A program made the translations under genes and the position numbers. This document shows positions 58,118 to 64,000 of a stretch of DNA of 64,000 nt, piece after piece. The stretch comes from a virus. The stretch covers positions 32,001 through 96,000 of IMG/VR virus record IMGVR_UViG_3300033149_001257; one strand, given 5' to 3'. The notes beneath the pieces were generated by a model. That model ran no database searches. It was not told where the DNA came from and worked only from the letters and a program-made list of their open reading frames with translations. Numbering within the stretch: position 1 is the first letter of the stretch; every line of letters starts with the position of its first letter.

Positions 58118-59461
58118 ATGGACGATTTCACAAAGGTACCCCCACAGAATGCTGAAGCCGAAAGGTCGTTGCTTGGTGCAATGATGATAGAAGGCGATGC
58201 GATATCTACTGCTTTGGACATTGTTACTAAAGACGATTTTTATGATAATAATAATGGCGTGATATTTACTGCTATTAAAAATCTTCATCTTAAAAATGCT
58301 CCGGTTGATATGGTTACAGTTTCTGACCTCTTAAAGAAAGAAGGTACATTCGATAGTGTAGGGGGTGCCACTTACCTTGTGGATACCATAGACACCGTAT
58401 CTACTGCTGTGAATATAGATTACTACTGTAAAATAGTTAAAGAGAAGTCTATACTCAGGAACAATATAAAACTGGCGAGTAATATTATCCAGCAGTGTTA
58501 TTCCGGGTTAGATCACCAAGAAATATTCAATGGCGTGCAAAAGGAATATGAATCAATATTTAGTATAGACGAAAAAACGGAACATAACTTAGTTATGGCT
58601 ACGAGCGATGATTTTCTTCGTGAATACCAGGATGTTCTTGATAAACGACACGAGATGTTTAAAGACGGCCCTGAGTTTCCATCGGGATTCCGGGATTTAG
58701 ATAAACTGTTGCAGGTTGGATTTCTTAGAGGCCAAATCGCCACTATTGGAGCGCGGCCGAGTGTTGGGAAGACGGCTTTGTGTATAAATCTCATATCTAA
58801 TTTTCTGAAAAAAAAGAAAAGGACATTGATATTTACTACGGAGATGACCCGACATAATGTTTTTGATAGGGTGCTTTCTATGAATTATGGAGTTAATGGG
58901 TACGACCTCCTTATGGGAAGGGTGGATAAAAAAGTATCAGATGCTATAAACTCTTTTAGGGAAGATTTTTTTGAGAGAGAGTTCTTTATCTGCGACATAC
59001 CTGAACCCACGTCCAGGGACATTGAGGACATAATTGTTAAAGTTAAACCCGATGTGTTTATATTTGACTATTTCAATAGGGCCATTACTGCGAATATGGA
59101 TAAACGCGCCATTGAATTGGAGATGATAATAAACAAAATGCAGACACTGGCGCTACGGTATAATTGTGCCGGCATAGTAGCCGCCCAGCTTAATAGAGAG
59201 TATGAGAAAAGTAAGTCGGCGGAACCTCTAATGTCACACCTTAAAGACACCGGTGGATTAGAGCAGGTATCATCGCTGATTATATGTTTAGCCAGGCTTG
59301 CTCCTGAAACAAGTGACGAGGCAGATGAGATGTTTGCTAAGGGTACGGAAAAAATAAAACTATGGATACTTAAAAACAGGTTTGGTGAAATAGGAACGGT
59401 GGAGTTAAATTTCAATGGCAGTAGGTTAAGGTTTGAGGATTTACCAGAAAAACACTTTTAA
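58118..59461 (+). CDS. dnaB: replicative DNA helicase
   Basis: PPQNAEAERSLLG, GARPSVGKT, FTTEM, FIFDY, AQLNR, LKDTGGLEQ, KNRFGE.G. Confidence 0.93.
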   Translation: MDDFTKVPPQNAEAERSLLGAMMIEGDAISTALDIVTKDDFYDNNNGVIFTAIKNLHLKNAPVDMVTVSDLLKKEGTFDSVGGATYLVDTIDTVSTAVNIDYYCKIVKEKSILRNNIKLASNIIQQCYSGLDHQEIFNGVQKEYESIFSIDEKTEHNLVMATSDDFLREYQDVLDKRHEMFKDGPEFPSGFRDLDKLLQVGFLRGQIATIGARPSVGKTALCINLISNFLKKKKRTLIFTTEMTRHNVFDRVLSMNYGVNGYDLLMGRVDKKVSDAINSFREDFFEREFFICDIPEPTSRDIEDIIVKVKPDVFIFDYFNRAITANMDKRAIELEMIINKMQTLALRYNCAGIVAAQLNREYEKSKSAEPLMSHLKDTGGLEQVSSLIICLARLAPETSDEADEMFAKGTEKIKLWILKNRFGEIGTVELNFNGSRLRFEDLPEKHF

Positions 59462-59471
59462 GGGAGGATTT

Positions 59472-60044
59472 ATGAAAAAAGAGTATGGCTATGGCGAAAA
59501 GTATTTTGAGGGCAAGAGAAGGTACTACAGTGTCAGGAAGATGGGGTTGAGGATTAAGGTCATCCGCGTAAAGAAGTCAATTTATGAAATGCTCAAAATG
59601 GATAAATTGTATATCCAGATGAATTGGGCGGTGAATGAGTATTTCAATGTGACTCACCTGGAACAGATAAGAAGGCAGAAATGTATGGACGTGGAAAAGA
59701 TGAATGGGCCAGCGCAGTCGGGAGTTGAGGTTGTTGTGAAGGTGGGAATGTGGGAGAGAATTAAAAAGTTTTTCAAAAAAATCTTTAAAGGGGGAATTGA
59801 AATGAAAAATCAGAAAGGATTTTCATTAATTGAGCTTATGTTGGTGGTGGTCATTCTGGGGTCTATAGCGTTCCTTGCTATTGGGGCATGGACAGATAGA
59901 ACATTGGAATTCTGGTTGTCTTTTTTTAAGGGGGAGGCCGTAAGTGTTCCATTTATTCTAAGTGGAATATTAAGTGTTGTTCTTAATGTCATCGCAGTTG
60001 TAATAAATATTATATCTGAAATAGCCAGAATATTTATTGCATAA
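59472..60044 (+). CDS. hypothetical protein in frame with a prepilin-like C-terminal unit (internal start 59802)
   Basis: GGGAGG before ATG 59472; AAGGGGG before ATG 59802 MKNQKG|FSLIELMLVVVILG. Confidence 0.7.
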   Translation: MKKEYGYGEKYFEGKRRYYSVRKMGLRIKVIRVKKSIYEMLKMDKLYIQMNWAVNEYFNVTHLEQIRRQKCMDVEKMNGPAQSGVEVVVKVGMWERIKKFFKKIFKGGIEMKNQKGFSLIELMLVVVILGSIAFLAIGAWTDRTLEFWLSFFKGEAVSVPFILSGILSVVLNVIAVVINIISEIARIFIA

Positions 60045-60078
60045 TATTGGAAATAAAATAAATAAAAGGAGGATTTAA

Positions 60079-60321
60079 ATGAGAGTTGAATGGGCGTTTG
60101 ACGATTCTTCTCATGCTGTTGAGGGAACCATGAATGAATGTGTGGAGATGGGTAATATTATTATGCCGGGATATTTTGGTGGTGATAATAATGGGGATGC
60201 CATGGGTGAGATAGAAAAATCTTTCAATGAGTATGCGGATGGCAAGATTGGCGATACTGATTTCATAAGTAAGGTTGTGGCGGTATTAAAAAATAAAAAT
60301 AAAAAGGAGGTAGCGAAATGA
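60079..60321 (+). CDS. hypothetical protein, paralog family A
   Basis: MRVEW...EGTMNECV. Confidence 0.7.
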   Translation: MRVEWAFDDSSHAVEGTMNECVEMGNIIMPGYFGGDNNGDAMGEIEKSFNEYADGKIGDTDFISKVVAVLKNKNKKEVAK

Positions 60322-60785
60322 GGTTAGACAATGGTACGTTTGGAGTTGATTTGATTTGTGTAAGAAAGTTGGACAAGCGGACAGGTAATGTAGTGAATTG
60401 TGTTTTGAACATGGCAAACATTTCGGACTATTCTGGGGTTCCAGACAATGACCGGCAGATGACGGTTGTTTATGGAGCAGGCCAGAGTTCGGTTACGATT
60501 ACGTTAATGGAGAGTATCTACGAGTTTATCAAGTTGGTCTGTATGCCTGCCGATGATAATGTGGATGTCGTAAAAGAGCCAGTAGAAGATGTGGTGGAAA
60601 AGAAGACGGATGTGCCCAAGAAAAGCAAGGCCGATTCTGGTGGTGGACCCTCCACCCCAGCGTCTGACGAAAAAAATATCAGTACTCAAACGCCAAAAAA
60701 AACAACACCCGGGAATGGTAGTGCCGGCACGGGTGGCCCTATTACCACATCACAAAATTCCCCGGAGGGAGAAAAGAATGTTTAG
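60318..60785 (+). CDS. hypothetical protein with low-complexity tail
   Basis: AGGAGG RBS, ATGA coupling. Confidence 0.6.
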   Translation: MRLDNGTFGVDLICVRKLDKRTGNVVNCVLNMANISDYSGVPDNDRQMTVVYGAGQSSVTITLMESIYEFIKLVCMPADDNVDVVKEPVEDVVEKKTDVPKKSKADSGGGPSTPASDEKNISTQTPKKTTPGNGSAGTGGPITTSQNSPEGEKNV

Positions 60786-60972
60786 AGCTGACTATGTATA
60801 TTCTACTAAGTGTGATGGTGATAAATGTAGGGTGGTTCTCAATAAAGTATTTTTTGATATAGCCACAATGGTAGAGCATCTGAAAAAAAGAGGATGGTCA
60901 GTAAATACAATGGTGGGGAAATGCTTTTGCCCCGAATGTAGTAAAAAGGAGAATAAGAATGGAAAACGATAA
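60778..60972 (+). CDS. small zinc-binding protein
   Basis: CDGDKC ... GWS ... FCPEC. Confidence 0.6.
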   Translation: MFRADYVYSTKCDGDKCRVVLNKVFFDIATMVEHLKKRGWSVNTMVGKCFCPECSKKENKNGKR

Positions 60973-61210
60973 TAAGATTATTAATATGGGAACGAATAGT
61001 GATGGTGAAAAGAAAAACGACAAAAAAAAGGAAACAGTTCCACCAATTTTTTGTCCAGAGTTATCAACCACAATGCTTGTTCCTGCCGGAGCGTCATTAT
61101 CACCCAATGCTCCGGAGGTTGCTGTTAAAACATTTTACATAAAATGTATTAAAGAAAAATGTAAGCACTATAAGAAAGAAACTGACGGTTGTAAATTGGA
61201 ACACTCTTGA
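60959..61210 (+). CDS. Cys-rich hypothetical protein
   Basis: FCP...CIKEKC..Y. Confidence 0.6.
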   Translation: MENDNKIINMGTNSDGEKKNDKKKETVPPIFCPELSTTMLVPAGASLSPNAPEVAVKTFYIKCIKEKCKHYKKETDGCKLEHS

Positions 61211-61301
61211 AAAAGAAAGGACCCTACTTCGCAAGAATAATAATAAGGGGAGGCGCGAAGTAGGGCTTATATGAAGAACTACGTTGGTCGGGAATACCAA
61301 C
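61210..61301 (-). ncRNA. candidate antisense small RNA (~90 nt)
   Basis: promoter at 61308-61336, two hairpins, U-rich end. Confidence 0.6.
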
Positions 61302-61307
61302 AAGACG

Positions 61308-61336
61308 AGTATACCATACGAGGTATAGTTTGTCAA
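61308..61336 (-). promoter_or_regulatory. sigma70 promoter antisense to the early arm
   Basis: TTGACA-17-TATACT, TG extension. Confidence 0.72.
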
Positions 61337-61364
61337 GGAATATTTTTTCAAGAAAGGATTTGGA

Positions 61365-61577
61365 ATGAAAAAGAAACCAGAGGAAAAGAAAGCAGAGATG
61401 TTGGTGTTCCACATTGAAGATTATGGGTTGACGATTACCTACGACCCCGTGGCATGGTTGGAGTATGACTTGAAAAGATTTATTCTCAAGAAACTTGAGG
61501 AAGGTTTATCTCCCGAGAAGTGTTTTGAACCCGAGATTAAAAAGGGTATGTTGAAAATCAAAAGGAGGAAAGCATAA
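61365..61577 (+). CDS. hypothetical protein
   Basis: RBS and TAATG coupling. Confidence 0.6.
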   Translation: MKKKPEEKKAEMLVFHIEDYGLTITYDPVAWLEYDLKRFILKKLEEGLSPEKCFEPEIKKGMLKIKRRKA

Positions 61578-62659
61578 TGTCAATACCTGCAAAATTATGG
61601 ACCAGAGATGATGTCATAAAATTAAAGGAACTTAGGGCGAAGAATATGCCATGGAGGGATATTGCTTCTATCATGTGTAGGTCAGAGAAATCTGTAACAT
61701 GGAGATGGTATAAACTCATTAGGAACGGTGATGCAAAAGAAACGGAGCCGGAAGAAGTTTCAGTTCCTGATAATTATGGAGTCCCCGAGAGTAAACTAAA
61801 GGGGTTGCAGGATATTGAAGAAATTAAAAAGTGGTACAAGGAAAGAGTGGACAGTATAAGGAAGAAGTGTAAGTTTGAATCTGATTTTGAGTTTAATCTT
61901 TCCAAGACACATCCATATATCATAGTGAAAATTCCAGACATGGATTTCAATAAAATAAAAATAGTTCCTATCGGTGATTTTCATTATGGGGTTGCCCAAT
62001 GTAGCGTAGACAAACTTAAAGAATGGATTGATTGGATAAGAAGAACCCCCAACGCTTTTGTTGTGCTCATGGGTGATACTACTGAAAATTCTACCAGATA
62101 TTCTATAGGGAGTGGTGTCTACGAACAGATACTAAGACCCCGGCAACAGAAGGTTGATATGATGGAAATACTTGCTCCCATAAGACATAAGATTATTGCT
62201 ATGGTTGAGGGGAATCATGGGAGAAGGAGTGTGAAAGAGGTAGATTATTCACCGGAACAAGAAATTGCCAATACCCTGGAAATACCATTTTTCAGATATA
62301 CGGCATACATTGATATTGTTTGGGGTGGACACCTGTTTGAAATATTCGCTACCCATGGAGTTACCGGTGCTGTTACCGAGGGTGGTAAAATAAACGCGAT
62401 AGCAAAGCCAACTATGTTTACTCGCGCAGATATATTTCTACAGGGACATACTCACGACAAGTTTGCAAAATCTAAACTTGAGCTTATTCGTGACAGGAAA
62501 AGTTTGGAGATTAAAAGACGTAAGTATTATCTTGTAAACACTGGTTCGTTTATGAACTACTGGGATTCATACGCAGAAGGAAAACTGTATGCTCCAGTAC
62601 CAATAGGCACGGTGAATGTAGAACTGTATAAAGACGGCGATTATCATTGTACATCTTAA
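61577..62659 (+). CDS. calcineurin-like metallophosphoesterase with N-terminal Myb/HTH domain
   Basis: WTRDD...WRDIASIMCRS; GDFH, GD, GNHG, THG, GHTH. Confidence 0.87.
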   Translation: MSIPAKLWTRDDVIKLKELRAKNMPWRDIASIMCRSEKSVTWRWYKLIRNGDAKETEPEEVSVPDNYGVPESKLKGLQDIEEIKKWYKERVDSIRKKCKFESDFEFNLSKTHPYIIVKIPDMDFNKIKIVPIGDFHYGVAQCSVDKLKEWIDWIRRTPNAFVVLMGDTTENSTRYSIGSGVYEQILRPRQQKVDMMEILAPIRHKIIAMVEGNHGRRSVKEVDYSPEQEIANTLEIPFFRYTAYIDIVWGGHLFEIFATHGVTGAVTEGGKINAIAKPTMFTRADIFLQGHTHDKFAKSKLELIRDRKSLEIKRRKYYLVNTGSFMNYWDSYAEGKLYAPVPIGTVNVELYKDGDYHCTS

Positions 62660-62677
62660 AAAAGAAAGGAGTATCTG

Positions 62678-63775
62678 ATGCCGAAAGCAAAAGAGTTAAT
62701 TTTTGACGGAGAACTTTTAAGAGAAATAGCCCCAATCCCAGGTATTAGTGGAGACGAGGGGCCCATAAGAGAAAGGGTTATGAAAGAATTTAAGAAGTGT
62801 GAAAATGTGGACAATGTTAAAGTGGATGGTATGGGCAACGTCATGGCATACATCAATGTGGGAAAAGATAAGGACACTATTCTCATAAGCGCGCACATGG
62901 ATACCCCGGGCATGAGGGTAACTAAGATACACGATGGTACTATTGATGGATCTCAGGAAGGGTCGCTTATATTTCAAGATATAGGGCTCGCCCGGGACCA
63001 ACTGGGCAGCACTAGGGTAAGAATACATACGGCAAAAGGGGATGTCCCTGGTATTATATGTACCCATGGAGTTCACATAAGAGAGGAGGATGAGGAAGAA
63101 TATAATTTATATAAAATGGTAATAGACCCTGGCACAGATAGCTATAATGAAGTTAGGAGAATGGGAGTTGATATAGGCGATGGAGTATCATATGATAGCG
63201 CGATAGAACCCATTGGGGCAAGTAGATTATCTGGAGCATTTCTTGACAATAGAATAGGAGTTACCAATATAATAACTCTTGCTCAAAAATTAAATAAAAA
63301 GAAATTGAATGTTAATGTGGTTCTTGCTTGTACCGTACACGAAGAGAGTGATTTAAGCGGAATAAAATGTTTAGTAAACAATGTTAATCCCGCGGCCGTC
63401 ATTGTTATGGATACGACTACGGCAATGCAGCACGACGTTGATACTGATATGTCGCTTGCTAAACTCAACGGCGGAACCACGCTGGAGATGGGAACTTATG
63501 TTAATAAAAAATTGCTTGCATTATCAATAGCAACGGCTAAAAAGTATGGCATAAAACACCAGAGAGAGGTTTTTGTAGACATCTATGAAACTGGCTGTAC
63601 TGAATCATATGCTGCTAGGTGGTATGGTTCTGGAGTACCGGCTATCACCCTATCTTATCCGGTAAGGTATCTGCATAGTTCAGTTGAAACCGTAGATATG
63701 AGAGATGTTTCTGATACGCTGACATTGGTTAAGTACATGCTCTATAATATCAAATCAGGGGAGAAATATATCTAA
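62678..63775 (+). CDS. M42 family (TET/FrvX-like) metallo-aminopeptidase
   Basis: ISGDE, AHMD, LDNRIG, HEE, MDTT, RYLHS. Confidence 0.88.
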   Translation: MPKAKELIFDGELLREIAPIPGISGDEGPIRERVMKEFKKCENVDNVKVDGMGNVMAYINVGKDKDTILISAHMDTPGMRVTKIHDGTIDGSQEGSLIFQDIGLARDQLGSTRVRIHTAKGDVPGIICTHGVHIREEDEEEYNLYKMVIDPGTDSYNEVRRMGVDIGDGVSYDSAIEPIGASRLSGAFLDNRIGVTNIITLAQKLNKKKLNVNVVLACTVHEESDLSGIKCLVNNVNPAAVIVMDTTTAMQHDVDTDMSLAKLNGGTTLEMGTYVNKKLLALSIATAKKYGIKHQREVFVDIYETGCTESYAARWYGSGVPAITLSYPVRYLHSSVETVDMRDVSDTLTLVKYMLYNIKSGEKYI

Positions 63776-64000
63776 TGGCTGATATTGTTGGTTGGATAGC
63801 AAATATATTTTTTGTTGTAGGGGTTATATTGATAGCCAGAAAGAAAGCGATGGGATTTCATTTTAATATAATTGGAAACATTGGCTATCTTTCGCAAGGG
63901 GTAATACTAAAAACAAATAGCCTGACAATACTTTCTTTTGTATTGATATTGACCAACATCTATGGAATATGGAAATGGAGGAAATGCGATGAAAAAACAG
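63775..64000 (+). CDS. PnuC-like small membrane protein (runs off window)
   Basis: MADIVGWIANIFFVVG...NIYGIWKW, three TM helices. Confidence 0.5.
   Translation, partial: MADIVGWIANIFFVVGVILIARKKAMGFHFNIIGNIGYLSQGVILKTNSLTILSFVLILTNIYGIWKWRKCDEKT

Noticed and set aside
1-64000. CRISPR array, tRNA genes, diversity-generating retroelement
   Set aside because: No regularly spaced repeats, no convincing tRNA cloverleaf and no reverse transcriptase seen by eye; fibre repeats do not show adenine-specific variation
1-64000. Alternative genetic code
   Set aside because: Genes are full length and tightly packed under the standard code with all three stops used

Overview
The window is most of a tailed dsDNA phage genome, probably siphovirus-like since no sheath or baseplate wedge genes are recognisable. 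No host housekeeping synteny is visible. It has two arms that diverge from back-to-back sigma70 promoters at ~51.76-51.91 kb and converge at ~5.27 kb. The minus-strand late arm (51.7 kb to 5.3 kb) runs: terminase small and large subunits; portal; an IS200/IS605 tnpA-tnpB cassette; prohead protease/scaffold; decoration protein; major capsid; connectors; tail tube(s); tail chaperones with a -1 frameshift; a tape measure protein carrying a LAGLIDADG intein; tail tip/fibre proteins; lysis genes; and a 12-kb glycan-synthesis cluster (7 glycosyltransferases, 4 methyltransferase genes, a deacetylase and 2 nucleotide-sugar enzymes). The plus-strand arm carries a ParB-like/MT-A70 methyltransferase, replication initiator, DnaB, a prepilin-like protein, a metallophosphoesterase, an M42 peptidase, a tyrosine recombinase and many small ORFs. 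The most striking unexplained signal is a non-coding RNA layer tied to the TnpB. Two orphan omegaRNA-like scaffolds (tnpB 3'-end/right-end derived, with the transposase hairpin shortened and new guide sequences) bracket the protease-decoration-capsid genes. The catalytically intact tnpA-tnpB is driven by a phage-type promoter. An early-leader stem-loop is near-complementary to those scaffolds. Several other structured RNA candidates occur, some bounded by a promoter and terminator. All protein calls come from motifs and synteny read by eye; no database searches were run.
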